NCBI GenBank assembly: GCA_937930175.1
Contig: CALGLP010000013.1
Span: 267,764-331,763, forward strand
Length of the DNA stretch: 64,000 bases
Direction of reading: 5' to 3'
Origin: an uncultured bacterium
GTDB lineage: Bacteria; Omnitrophota; Gorgyraeia; Zapsychrales; Aceulaceae
Shown here in pieces: positions 35,601 to 45,360 of the stretch (its first letter is position 1; each line of letters begins with the position of its first letter). The notes under the pieces were generated by a model. That model was not told the origin of the DNA. It searched no databases and was given only the letters and a program-made list of their open reading frames with translations. The position numbers were made by a program, and so were the translations under genes.

Positions 35601-37721
35601 ATCAATGTTAATGTTTTTGGTGGAGCCGGCGGTTATGGTCTTGCAACCGGAACTGTAGACGTCAAGATCCATACCCAGGCAGAGATTGAGGCTCTTTTAG
35701 AGGAAAGTAAGCTATCCGGAAATCTTAGCGCAGCTATTACGATGGAGGGGGGTGCCAAAGCCTATGTCCTCTCTGGGACCAGCACGAATGCGGGCGCGCA
35801 AGTTTTCTTACCAGACCAAGGGATTTCTTTTGTGATCAATTATAACGCTACAGGCGAAACGCAGATATTTAAGTATGCTAATGTTAAGATGGACGGTGGT
35901 TTTTCAGTGAACGAACAAGGAGTTATCGGGATCGACATTAAGGCAAATGTTGAATATGCTGTTGATAAAGATCTTGTCACAAACGATTTTTCCTATAGCT
36001 CGAATTTTGATTTGGGAGGAATTATTAAAAATTTGCCGGGGGATGTTATTAATAAGCTCAATGCTTGGGCCAATCAGCAGCAGATAGGCCTTGATTTCTG
36101 GACATATCTAAAGATTAACTGTGATTTTGCCAGCGCATATAATAACTTTGTGCCGGGTAGTCAGAACTGGAAAGAAGGAATCAAGAATCTTCTTACGGGT
36201 GTTAATACGCAATATGGGTTGCAGGAAGTTTTAGATGTGATCGAGATGGCTTTAAGAGATTCCTATGCCCAAGCTGAGATCGATCAAGTCTTGAAAGAAA
36301 TTTCTGATGAGTGGCAGAAAAAGGTTGATGAGATTAATAGTGAGTGGCAAAAAGGTGTTAAGAAAAGTGATCGCGAGATGACACAGGTAACAAAGACCAC
36401 TTATTTTGCTTTCGAATTTCTAAAGAATTTTGTCTATGGTAAGGGCAAGGGTTTTACCACTGTTAAGATCGGCGTTGGCGGGCCTTCTGCGGGGGTCACG
36501 GTAACAACCGGAGGAACCCTGAATGCTGGGAAAGTTAATCTTTCAGGTTCGATTCAATTGAATGCTGCTACTAGCCGCGCGGTTGATCAAGCTGCTAGCC
36601 AATCATTTATAGATTATAAAACTGTTCTTGCAAGCTGGAATATTGGCCAAAAAGATTGGTTAAAAATTGTATCTGATGTTAATCGCATTACTAACGAAAC
36701 CATCAAGGATGGAACATTTTATGATAACATCGAACGTGTTCGCTTGGCGCTTGATCAGGGGCTTGCGAATGTTGATTCAACGGTTCGCATTTGTGCGATT
36801 GCAGCGTTGATCAACAATCCTCAATGGCGACAATCTTACAATCTTGATGTCCGTCAGCTAGAAGCTAATGCCTTTGGCCTTGTTAAGGTACAGGCAAGAA
36901 CTGAAAATGGAAAATTTGCAGGGTCTCTGAGTGTCGAAAATTATTGGGAGGGAGATCAGGGCTTTGCTCCCTACATTGGCATTGGGGGAAGTTGGAATCT
37001 TGAAAAAAAGAAGATCTTGATGTCTGCGGCAGTTTATTTTGATCCCATGCTTGGATTTACAGGCGCGGGATTGCAGTTAAATTTAGACGGAGGCCAGATC
37101 AATGTAAAATTTGAACAAAAGATAACCAAGGTTGGGGTTCAGCTAAAGATTGAGCCATTTTACAAGATGATCAAGGGCAAGGCAAAAGGTCCCATGACAA
37201 TGCTTTACAACAGAAAAGGAGCAGGCATCTATGATCAAAAAGGAGAGCTCCTGAGTTATGTTCCGCTTACTTCAGATCAGGCCAAAGAAATATTTGGTGG
37301 TACCACGGCTAAGTATGGAAAGATAGAGATCAAAGGATCGCATCAAGCTGAAAGAAAAGCGGCTCGAAATAAGATTGTAAATGATGTTCTTGATCTGATG
37401 ATCGAGCAGGAGATGGATGACGTTGGTGTGACGCCAGCTACCGCAGAGTCTGCTTCCACAAATGATGGGATTGCTGATGCGTCACCGACAGCGCCTAGTT
37501 CAAGCGAAAAGCAAAAAGACTTCACTAAGGGTGGTATTGCCTTTGATTCCCGCAAGATCGACATGCAGATCGAGGGCACAGGATTAGAATTTGATTTTCC
37601 GGATAATCTGATCACCGATGAGATGCGTAATCTGATGGGGCTTGTTCCTCAGATCATTAATTTTCAACCTGTCACAAACCCGTATCAATTGCTTGGGCCA
37701 TTGGCCAAAATGGAGGAATAA
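32688..37721 (+). CDS. giant secreted hypothetical protein (1677 aa)
   Basis: Continuous ORF. The N-terminus has a hydrophobic segment ending ...VLSAIPPGYAQS. No known catalytic domain recognised. Confidence 0.7.
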   Translation: MRSTKNFSCRSRLSRCLSLIVLFHFFVLSAIPPGYAQSVSLPAVGALVPLSPGFQPAVLRGVQVDPIKHLELKFIVDGGQSGLKGESLEKETKDLVNYFLASLAIPEDDLWVNLSPYENDRVVPTNLGNTDMGRDLLAQDYLLKQVTASLLYPDDELGKKFWNTIYKKAYARYGTTNIPVNTFNKVWILPDTAKVYEEKDRAIITEARMKVMLEEDYLSKEKNLEVDSDGKNDKTAQLSSEIMREVVIPEIEKEVNEGKNFAKVRQIYYSLVLAHWFKTKLKGVLLNKIFADMSKVKGFEAKDPKEINKIYDQYVASFKKGVCNVLRIDYDTNEKKHVPRKYFSGGVVLEVETTPDTAASAITVLKRAATLMVAAFLFTFASLTTKAETSKSLDQGDKATTIEAITTTQSQAEVYDATGEFTDFEGPPMDSPLLDTIQQNFQQYKPFQAGDVILSGRGQSILEVAQVLPTMITNKGQKINVNVCWGKLTENGNVREVFFVQLQNPSAKFNQGHMTYSHSLHGLINAAKADPSFRQTLETASGKTLQQLEDELTRISAKDAVLQDHSFMNIKGIDNTRKMAIGAICFVAQGDTIVPVIIPIHGLDPIPFLGWEMGIKAIMTQYKRVESIEVLGGHTFNVKVNGSWRTVSTAQGPDAENLSGVVNLSRNFIQDYSAGNFSPWAADGQKLLLDFAGISQAANTATQEADGTISEVRDLASDLSQRDSTIFNILNLVFPNFLEQIKQKADEFNASAKTNITSAQGDLQDAYNQAQADISQDQKQLAYIGFLARLLNNPYVQKQGESFVNQLVQNSYAQAGGGVFEAGTNAQIQDVVNQINSTGVEFSRTNSAGKTETFSLNLRTVASLRYLFSLDAGLLAQGKVTFDETTENLLMELNEEANGTVSQGLLTLFEDLGNLDTSGLQEVFNKIMAGPSQGKVEGQVDMGLFIKGLVGGFQTACGEFGWKGEVKGLPMINVNVFGGAGGYGLATGTVDVKIHTQAEIEALLEESKLSGNLSAAITMEGGAKAYVLSGTSTNAGAQVFLPDQGISFVINYNATGETQIFKYANVKMDGGFSVNEQGVIGIDIKANVEYAVDKDLVTNDFSYSSNFDLGGIIKNLPGDVINKLNAWANQQQIGLDFWTYLKINCDFASAYNNFVPGSQNWKEGIKNLLTGVNTQYGLQEVLDVIEMALRDSYAQAEIDQVLKEISDEWQKKVDEINSEWQKGVKKSDREMTQVTKTTYFAFEFLKNFVYGKGKGFTTVKIGVGGPSAGVTVTTGGTLNAGKVNLSGSIQLNAATSRAVDQAASQSFIDYKTVLASWNIGQKDWLKIVSDVNRITNETIKDGTFYDNIERVRLALDQGLANVDSTVRICAIAALINNPQWRQSYNLDVRQLEANAFGLVKVQARTENGKFAGSLSVENYWEGDQGFAPYIGIGGSWNLEKKKILMSAAVYFDPMLGFTGAGLQLNLDGGQINVKFEQKITKVGVQLKIEPFYKMIKGKAKGPMTMLYNRKGAGIYDQKGELLSYVPLTSDQAKEIFGGTTAKYGKIEIKGSHQAERKAARNKIVNDVLDLMIEQEMDDVGVTPATAESASTNDGIADASPTAPSSSEKQKDFTKGGIAFDSRKIDMQIEGTGLEFDFPDNLITDEMRNLMGLVPQIINFQPVTNPYQLLGPLAKMEE

Positions 37722-37750
37722 ACTTTTTTAAAAAAAAGGAGTAGAGAAAA

Positions 37751-40700
37751 ATGAACCACGCCACGGTTTTCTCGAAAAATAAGTTTGTTGTCAGAATAGT
37801 TACATTGATCGTTTTCATAAATTTCATGATCCCTCCTCAGGTCATTTCCGCGTCGCAAGCAAATCTTAAGAGTTTTAGCCGTAATGCCGCATCCTCGAAA
37901 GCGCTTGCTGTGGCTGTTAAAGAAACCACACCTAGTCGTATTCCGGAGTCTTTTTTTAGTGATCGCAAGGATGAGTCTCGAGGCAGCACTAAAGGACCAG
38001 GATCACGCGCATGGAATGATGGAGAGAAGATCGTTGCCTTTGATGGCGTGGCTCAAGATTATTTTGGTTACGCGGTGGCGATTTCCGGGGATACGGCTGT
38101 TGTTGGTATGCCTCAGGATGATGACAACGGGATCAATTCCGGATCTGCGTATATTTACACGAAAACTGGCGATCAGTGGCTTTATAGTCAAAAGATCAAA
38201 GAAGGCGTAACGCAAGATTTTTTTGGTCGTGCCGTAGCCATTGACGGCGATACGATTGTCGTGGGGGCTCCTTTAGAGGATGAAAATGGGAGTAAAGCCG
38301 GTGCGGCCTATATTTTTAAAAAGCAGGTAAATGGCTTATGGATTAAGGTTCAGAAAATCACGGCTTCGGACGGGGAGGCTGAAGATGAATTTGGAGTATC
38401 TGTTTCTATTTCTGGAGACAACGTTGTTGTGGGAGCTCATTTTTATAGTGATTCTTATTTACGCTGTGGAGCGGCATATGTTTTTAAGAAAAATGGTGAT
38501 ACATGGGCGCAAGTAGACAAGCTTCTGGCCCCTGATCGGGCGGAAGCTGATTATTTTGGAGAGTCAGTTTCAATCTCGCAAGATACAGTGATCGTAGGCG
38601 CCCACAGAGATGATGATAACGGCTTGGAATCTGGCTCGGCTTATATTTTCGTAAAGAATGCTTCTTCTGGTCTGTGGCCGCTTCAGCAGAAGGTAGTTCC
38701 AGCAGACGGGGCCACGAATGATGCCTTTGGTTCCGCGGTTTCTGTGTATCAAGACACGGCGATCATCGGCGCGCATCTTGATGATGATAAGGGTGAGGAC
38801 TCAGGATCTGCTTATGTTTACAAAAGAAACGGGAACAGTTGGTCATTTTTTAACAAGCTTTTGGCCTTAGATGGCGCCGTAGAAGATTATTTTGGTTCGG
38901 CTGTATCGATGAGCAACGGGTCTGCGATCGTTGGCGCTCGGTATCATAATGACCCTGAATTGGACCGCGGGGCTGCGTATATTTTTGATGAAGGTTTAAA
39001 TTGGACTGAGACTAAGGAGCTTTTGGCCGGTGATGGGGCGAAAGATGATTATTTTGGGTGGTCTGTTGGCATTAGTGATAATGTTACTATCGTTGGGGCT
39101 TGGGGAGATGATGATCTCGGTTCAAAGTCAGGATCGGCGTATATTTTTACCAACACTCCTGCGCCAAATACTTACACCATTACCGTTAAGACCGATGACA
39201 CCGAAAATGCCTTGGTTAGAAATTTATCTAATAACGAGGTAGGAGAAAGTCTTGTTTATCCGGTCGTTGCAGGGCAACCGTTTAACGGCACTTTTCTCGC
39301 TGAGCCGCCTGCGACTCATGTTTTCAAAGATTGGACCAACGCCAGTCCCAGCTTTGCTAATCCGATTGATATATCCATTGATCCGGTTGAGCAGGATGTT
39401 ACGATTACAGCTAATTTTGTTTTGAAGCAAGTGACGGTTTTTGGCACGATCAAAGATCAAAACGGCCAGGCGATTGCCAATGCGCAATTGTTGAGGACTG
39501 TTAACGGGGTCGCTCAGCCTGCGATCAATGTTCCTAACATTAATTATTTTTTTAGTGTATCTCCCGGCGACACAGTTGCGATAACACCTGTTGCCGGCGG
39601 TAAGGTTTTTCCTGCAGGCTTAGCGGATAATCCAAACTGGTCAGGTGTGGTGAACGCCAACGTTAACAAAGATTTTATCGGGATCAATTATGGCTATGTC
39701 AATGTTTCCGGTACGGTCAAGGATCAGGATGGCCAGGCGATCCCTGTGGCCAAGTTAAACGTCACGATCAACGGGATCCTTCAAATTATTAATGTTCCTA
39801 ATATCAATTATTCTTTTGCTGTTCATGCTGGGGATCAGGTTTCGGTAACGCCCGCTGCGGTGAACTATGATTTTCCTGCAGGGCTCGCGGATAATCCTAG
39901 CTGGGCAGGCATGGTCTTGGCTAATGTCACTAAAAATTTTGTAGGCGTTGCCAATACTTTTACCTTGACCTATTTGGCGGGTCCCGGGGGAAGCATCAGC
40001 GGGCCGACGCCCCAAACGGTTGCCTATGGGCAAAACGGACAGCCGGTCGTGGCGGTGCCCAACCCAGGATATCATTTTGTCAAATGGAGCGACAATGTTA
40101 TGACGGCCGCACGCCAGGAGCTCAATGTCACTGCCGATCTGACAGTCACGGCGTATTTTGAAATTGATCAATTCACTGTCTCCGGCCAGGTGCGGCTCAA
40201 TGGTGCTGGCCAGCAGGGAGTGTCTATCGGATATTCAGACAACCAGACCAAGGATTTTATTCTTCTGGACACCACCGATGATAACGGCAATTATTCGTTT
40301 ACCTGCAATTATGGATTCACCGCGGATGTGTACGCGGTGGATGGGGTACATACCTATAGCCCAACCCATTACAGCTATGTCAACCTTAGTCAGAGCTATG
40401 TAAACAGGAATTATATTGCTGTTGATACCTTCACTGTCTCCGGCCAGGTGCGGCTAAACGGCACGGGCCAAGAAGATGTAGTTATTGGATACTCAGATAA
40501 CCAAACCAAGAATTTCATTCCTTTAGACACAACCGATGAGAACGGCAACTACTCGTTTACTCGCAATTATGGTTTTACCGCAGATGTGTACGCGGTGGAT
40601 GGGGTACATACCTATAGCCCAACGCATTATAGTTATGTCAATCTTAGTCAGAGTTATGCTAATAAAGATTATGTTGCTGTTGATACTTTCACTATATCCG

Positions 40701-43042
40701 GCCAGGTACGGTTAAATGGTGCTGGACAGCAGGGAGTGTCTATCGGCTATTCAGATAACCAAACCAAGAATTTCATTGTTCTGGATACTACCGATCAGAA
40801 CGGCAACTACTCGTTTACTCGCAATTATGGTTTTACTGCGGACGTTTACGCGGTGGACGGGGTACATACCTATAGCCCAACGCATTACAGCTATACCAAT
40901 CTCAATCAGAATTATGTAAATAGGGATTATGATGCTTTTGATATGTTTAATATCATCGTCAAGACCGATGGCACAGAAGGCGCTTTAGTTGAGAACATTC
41001 AGACAGGAGAACAGGGAACGTTACTGTCTTATCCTGTGGAGTATAACGATCCATTTTATGGAGAGTTTAACGCTCTTGCGCCAGAAGGCTATGAGCTCGT
41101 GAGATGGGAAAATGACATGAAGGGTGATGGCAATTTGCTCATCATCGATATTGATCATGTGACTAAGAATGTCACCTTTACAGCGATCTTCGCCCTCAAG
41201 AAGTTTACGTTAACGTATTTAGCCGGCCCAGGCGGTACGATCAAGGGCCCAACTCCCCAAACGGTGAATTATGGAGGGGACGGTAAGCCGGTGAGGGCTG
41301 TAGCGGACCGTAGCCATCATTTTGTTAATTGGTCTGATGGCTCAGTCGAGAACCCAAGGCAGGATCTTAATGTCACAGAGGATATTACGGTCACGGCGAA
41401 CTTTGAGCAGAATATTGTTTTATATAATTTAATAGTCAATAGTGGCAGCGGAAGCGGGCAATACGAGGCCACCACGGTTGTCCCGATCGAGGCTGACCCA
41501 GCGCCACAAGGCCAGGAATTTGACCAATGGATAGGGGATATTGCGCACGTCAAGGATCCAATGTCCGCCAGCACGCAAGTCACCATGCCGGCCAATGATG
41601 TGGAGGTGACAGCGACGTATAAGCCAATCATGTACACCGTTATTGTTAAAACTGACGGCACAGAAGGCGCTTTAGTTGAGAATATTGAGACAGGAGAACA
41701 GGGAACGTTATTGTCTTATCCTGTGGAGTATAACGATCCATTTTATGGAGAGTTTAACGCTTTTGCGCCAGAAGGCTATGAGCTCGTGAGATGGGAAAAT
41801 GACATGAAGGGTGATGGCAATTTGCTCATCATCGATATTGATCATGTCACCAAGGATGTCACCTTTACCGCGATTTTTGCTAAAAAGCAATTTACCTTAA
41901 CCTATCTGGTTAATCCTCTAGAAGGAGGAACGGTAAGCTTAGCCAGCGAAGTTGTCACGTATGGTGAGAATGGTTCTCTGGTTTATGCCACAGCCAATCC
42001 AGGGTATCAGTTCACAGGTTGGAGCGGGGATGTTAACACAACAGAAAACCCTTTGCAAATCATCAATGTCACGCAGGATATGACCGCGGTGGCGAACTTC
42101 GCGCCTTTGGCTACCCACACTATTACCATTAAGACCGATGGCCTGGAAGGTGCCTTGATCAGGGATATGGATTCAGCGCTTGAATTGCCAGAGCATATTT
42201 TTACAGTTTATGATGGCTATAGCTTTAATGGGAATTTTGAAGCCTTGCCACCTGAGAGTTATGCCTTTGCCAAGTGGACGGGATATGACATTGTTGATCC
42301 TGAGAACCCTGTCTTGGAGTTAAGCCTTAACAATGTGACAGAAGACATTACGATCACGGCAAACTTCACGTTGAAATCATATAAAGTTTATGGGCATGCT
42401 TATATTACTTCAGTCGCGGGCGATAAAAAAGATGGTAGTGATGGGTCTATCTATATGCCGTTTATTGGCGGAGAAGTTGTGACGGTCGATCCCGATACCT
42501 GGGATATCATTGAACATACAGGCGTGATGACCGATGAACAGGGGTATTTTGAATTGTATAAGTCTGCCGGCTGGAGTGGGAGTATCGCATTATACCGTCC
42601 TGCGACAGGCACGGTTTTGTTTGCGCACATGGCAACCGGGCAGCCTTTGGGCCCTACAGCTATTCCGTCCCTTAGCGGAGATTACTTTGTTTATAATTAT
42701 ACACAATACGAAGAACCTGAAGACCCAAGTCAAATTTGGTTTTTGGGAAGTCCATTTGCGATATACCCTGTCGTGACGGGAAGGGTTGTGGATGAGAATA
42801 ATAATCCTGTGCAAGGAGTTGAGATAGATAATTTAGCGGACCCAGGCCCTGTTTACACCAATGAAAATGGTGAGTATTCTATTGAGCTTATAATGTTTCA
42901 TTATGAGCTTTGGGCAGATATTCAGCCTTCATTTCCGGGGGCTACGTTTACTCCGCAGGTGAGACATCTTCAGCCGCTTGATCGGGATTTTATGAATCAG
43001 GATTTTGTGATGCATTCAGCGGATCAAGGAAAGAAGAAGTAG
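37751..43042 (+). CDS. giant secreted protein (1763 aa): FG-GAP-like repeats, CarboxypepD_reg-like domains, Listeria-Bacteroides (InlB B-type) repeat domains, and a conserved C-terminal module
   Basis: Seven or more units of DYFG.SV.ISGD...VGA..DD..G..SGSAYIF (integrin-alpha FG-GAP pattern). Repeated ...GYHFVKWSD / GYQFTGWSG units of the List_Bact_rpt type. N- and C-termini are homologous to the 43196 protein. Confidence 0.8.
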   Translation: MNHATVFSKNKFVVRIVTLIVFINFMIPPQVISASQANLKSFSRNAASSKALAVAVKETTPSRIPESFFSDRKDESRGSTKGPGSRAWNDGEKIVAFDGVAQDYFGYAVAISGDTAVVGMPQDDDNGINSGSAYIYTKTGDQWLYSQKIKEGVTQDFFGRAVAIDGDTIVVGAPLEDENGSKAGAAYIFKKQVNGLWIKVQKITASDGEAEDEFGVSVSISGDNVVVGAHFYSDSYLRCGAAYVFKKNGDTWAQVDKLLAPDRAEADYFGESVSISQDTVIVGAHRDDDNGLESGSAYIFVKNASSGLWPLQQKVVPADGATNDAFGSAVSVYQDTAIIGAHLDDDKGEDSGSAYVYKRNGNSWSFFNKLLALDGAVEDYFGSAVSMSNGSAIVGARYHNDPELDRGAAYIFDEGLNWTETKELLAGDGAKDDYFGWSVGISDNVTIVGAWGDDDLGSKSGSAYIFTNTPAPNTYTITVKTDDTENALVRNLSNNEVGESLVYPVVAGQPFNGTFLAEPPATHVFKDWTNASPSFANPIDISIDPVEQDVTITANFVLKQVTVFGTIKDQNGQAIANAQLLRTVNGVAQPAINVPNINYFFSVSPGDTVAITPVAGGKVFPAGLADNPNWSGVVNANVNKDFIGINYGYVNVSGTVKDQDGQAIPVAKLNVTINGILQIINVPNINYSFAVHAGDQVSVTPAAVNYDFPAGLADNPSWAGMVLANVTKNFVGVANTFTLTYLAGPGGSISGPTPQTVAYGQNGQPVVAVPNPGYHFVKWSDNVMTAARQELNVTADLTVTAYFEIDQFTVSGQVRLNGAGQQGVSIGYSDNQTKDFILLDTTDDNGNYSFTCNYGFTADVYAVDGVHTYSPTHYSYVNLSQSYVNRNYIAVDTFTVSGQVRLNGTGQEDVVIGYSDNQTKNFIPLDTTDENGNYSFTRNYGFTADVYAVDGVHTYSPTHYSYVNLSQSYANKDYVAVDTFTISGQVRLNGAGQQGVSIGYSDNQTKNFIVLDTTDQNGNYSFTRNYGFTADVYAVDGVHTYSPTHYSYTNLNQNYVNRDYDAFDMFNIIVKTDGTEGALVENIQTGEQGTLLSYPVEYNDPFYGEFNALAPEGYELVRWENDMKGDGNLLIIDIDHVTKNVTFTAIFALKKFTLTYLAGPGGTIKGPTPQTVNYGGDGKPVRAVADRSHHFVNWSDGSVENPRQDLNVTEDITVTANFEQNIVLYNLIVNSGSGSGQYEATTVVPIEADPAPQGQEFDQWIGDIAHVKDPMSASTQVTMPANDVEVTATYKPIMYTVIVKTDGTEGALVENIETGEQGTLLSYPVEYNDPFYGEFNAFAPEGYELVRWENDMKGDGNLLIIDIDHVTKDVTFTAIFAKKQFTLTYLVNPLEGGTVSLASEVVTYGENGSLVYATANPGYQFTGWSGDVNTTENPLQIINVTQDMTAVANFAPLATHTITIKTDGLEGALIRDMDSALELPEHIFTVYDGYSFNGNFEALPPESYAFAKWTGYDIVDPENPVLELSLNNVTEDITITANFTLKSYKVYGHAYITSVAGDKKDGSDGSIYMPFIGGEVVTVDPDTWDIIEHTGVMTDEQGYFELYKSAGWSGSIALYRPATGTVLFAHMATGQPLGPTAIPSLSGDYFVYNYTQYEEPEDPSQIWFLGSPFAIYPVVTGRVVDENNNPVQGVEIDNLADPGPVYTNENGEYSIELIMFHYELWADIQPSFPGATFTPQVRHLQPLDRDFMNQDFVMHSADQGKKK
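40172..40945 (+). repeat. 3 x 258-bp in-frame tandem repeat (86-aa CarboxypepD_reg-like unit) inside the 1763-aa gene
   Basis: Unit starts at 40172, 40430 and 40688 (TTCACTGTCTCCGGCCAGGTGCGGCT...). Confidence 0.8.
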
Positions 43043-43057
43043 GGAGAGGCTATAAAA

Positions 43058-43086
43058 GGGCGGCCCCGCCGTTGGCGGGGCTGCCC
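43058..43086 (+). terminator. GC-rich hairpin GGGCGGCCCCGCC-GTT-GGCGGGGCTGCCC
   Basis: 13-bp stem directly after the stop. No strong U-tract. Confidence 0.5.
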
Positions 43087-43195
43087 AATTCAAGAACAAA
43101 AATGTATGACTCAAAACTTGCATAAAAGAAAGGGATATCACCCTCACCCATAACCCAGGCCTTGAAAGAGGCCTAAACAAAAGGAGCAGAGAGAA

Positions 43196-45160
43196 ATGAA
43201 CTACGCCACGGTTCTCTCGAAGCACAAGGTTGTTGTTCGGTTAGTCACGTTAGTTGTTTTCTTGAATTTTGCCATCCCGCCGCAAGCTATTTCCGCGGCA
43301 CAGTCCCAATCCCAAGCCTTTAAGCGTAATGTTGCCCCGGCGAAAGCGCTTGCCACGTCAGACCAGGAGAAAGCTAATAACCGCATTCCGGAGGAGTTTT
43401 TTGATAGTTCTTCTGGAGATGACGATTTTGGCGATGGTAAATTGACCGAGTTTGTGATCAATGGGAACTTTGAAACACCGACAAGTTTTACTCCGCCGAT
43501 ATATGACCCCTACATGCCTTTTGCTTTCGATGAGGTGTACGCTTGGCAGGATTCCCATGGCACTCCCCAAATTAAGCCATATTTTAAAACCGAGCCTGAT
43601 CATTATGCTCAGCTTGTAACTCTTTGCGATTCTAACCATCATAAAGGTGAAGGTATTTTTGCGAACGTTGCTCTAGTGTCTGGCGAAGAATATGTTTTGC
43701 AATTTAATTATAAGCTTGTGGAGTCAGAGATGACTTCACCGAGGAACGATCTTTTTATTTGTCTGTTCAACGCTGATCCGCCAGGACTTTCTGGGTCCAA
43801 CCAGGAGCCAGTACCAGCCGTAATGACTCCTGAAGGTGGAGCGATCAATATTTATGAAGCATATGCGCTTGCGCCAGACGCCCAGTGGCATACTGCTAAT
43901 GTAACTTTTACAGCGCCGACCGATGTGAACTATATCAAGCTGGGTATCTATGGTAAGTCGGATGGCTCAATCACGTACTCTAAGATAAATATTTTAATTG
44001 ATGATGTCAGTATTACCCCACAGGGGAATGTTATCACCGTCCAAACCGATGGCACGCTAGGTGCTGAGGTTAAAAACATCCTGACTGGTGAGCAGGGAGC
44101 AATATTAACCTACAATGTAGCCGAAGGCGATCCATTTTATGGAGAGTTTGATCCCCTGCCTCCAGCAAGCCATACCTTTAAGGGATGGAAATGGGAGGCG
44201 TCTGATGATCCAACGCTCATAATTGACATCAAGAACGTTACGGAGAATGTCACGGCGACTGCGTTATTTGAGATCAAGAAGCTCACCTTGACCTACACCG
44301 CGGGAGCTGGTGGTCGCATTAAGGGTCCAAGCCCGCAAGTCATTCCTTATGGCAATGACGGCAAGCCGGTGACGGCTGTACCGGATAACCAGCATCAGTT
44401 TGTCAATTGGAGCGATGGGTCCACCATGAACCCGCGCCACGATCTTGATGTCACGGCCAATATTGATGTTGTGGCAAACTTTGAACCTATTGTGCAAAAC
44501 TATAAGGTTTCCGGGTATGCCTATATCAATTTTCTCTGGGATAAGGACGAGGGGCAAAAAGATTATTCGGGATTTATCCCATTTATTGGCGGAGAGATCG
44601 TTGTGATCGATCCCAAGACCCAAGAGATCATTGAGAATTTAGGCATTGTCACCGATGAGCAGGGATATTTCGAGTTTACCAAGCCTGCGCATTGGAGCGG
44701 TTCGATAGCTGTTTATCGTCCGGCTAATGGTCAGATCCTCTTTGATTTCGTCCTCCTTTATCCGTTGAATTATATTGCTGACTTAACGGCTGATACCTTG
44801 ATCTATAACTTTGATACAACCGGGATCGGAGGGCATTTACCTCAGAAAATTTGGCATATCGGTTATTTCAATATGGAGCCGTATATTACAGGCAAGGTTA
44901 CTGATGAGCAGGGTAATCCTGTGGCGGGTGTGAAAATTAATAGCTGGGGAACATCAAGCAGTTATTACACCGATGAACAGGGAGAATATAAGTATCCATT
45001 TATTATGTTTCATCCTGAGCTTTGGGAAGTCGTTACGCCTGAAGATGATGATCCCAACACAGTCTTTGACCCACCGCAGCGAACACTTAAGCCGATGGAC
45101 CGGGATTATTATCATCAGGATTTTGTGATGATTACAGCGGATCAAGGAAAGAAGAAATAG
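43196..45160 (+). CDS. secreted protein (654 aa) with a List_Bact_rpt domain, paralogous at both termini to the 1763-aa protein
   Basis: N-terminus MNYATVLSKHKVVVRLVTLVVFLNFAIPPQAISAAQ versus MNHATVFSKNKFVVRIVTLIVFINFMIPPQVISASQ. The C-terminal 150 aa are homologous, and both end in ADQGKKK. Confidence 0.75.
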   Translation: MNYATVLSKHKVVVRLVTLVVFLNFAIPPQAISAAQSQSQAFKRNVAPAKALATSDQEKANNRIPEEFFDSSSGDDDFGDGKLTEFVINGNFETPTSFTPPIYDPYMPFAFDEVYAWQDSHGTPQIKPYFKTEPDHYAQLVTLCDSNHHKGEGIFANVALVSGEEYVLQFNYKLVESEMTSPRNDLFICLFNADPPGLSGSNQEPVPAVMTPEGGAINIYEAYALAPDAQWHTANVTFTAPTDVNYIKLGIYGKSDGSITYSKINILIDDVSITPQGNVITVQTDGTLGAEVKNILTGEQGAILTYNVAEGDPFYGEFDPLPPASHTFKGWKWEASDDPTLIIDIKNVTENVTATALFEIKKLTLTYTAGAGGRIKGPSPQVIPYGNDGKPVTAVPDNQHQFVNWSDGSTMNPRHDLDVTANIDVVANFEPIVQNYKVSGYAYINFLWDKDEGQKDYSGFIPFIGGEIVVIDPKTQEIIENLGIVTDEQGYFEFTKPAHWSGSIAVYRPANGQILFDFVLLYPLNYIADLTADTLIYNFDTTGIGGHLPQKIWHIGYFNMEPYITGKVTDEQGNPVAGVKINSWGTSSSYYTDEQGEYKYPFIMFHPELWEVVTPEDDDPNTVFDPPQRTLKPMDRDYYHQDFVMITADQGKKK

Positions 45161-45175
45161 GGAAGGTTAATAAGA

Positions 45176-45204
45176 GGGCGGCCCCGCCGCTGGCGGGGCC
45201 GCCC
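45176..45204 (+). terminator. GC-rich hairpin GGGCGGCCCCGCC-GCTG-GCGGGGCCGCCC
   Basis: Near-identical to the hairpin at 43058. Confidence 0.5.
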
Positions 45205-45360
45205 TTCAGAAAAAAGAAAATAAGAATGCATATCAACCACGCGCAAAAGAAATGAAGGGAAAGGAGGTGAGCTGATCTTAGTCTCTTCGTCAAGCGTCGG
45301 ACGCCATATAAAACCAAAAAGAACTTATTTTTAAAAAATACATAATACAAGGAGAAACTT

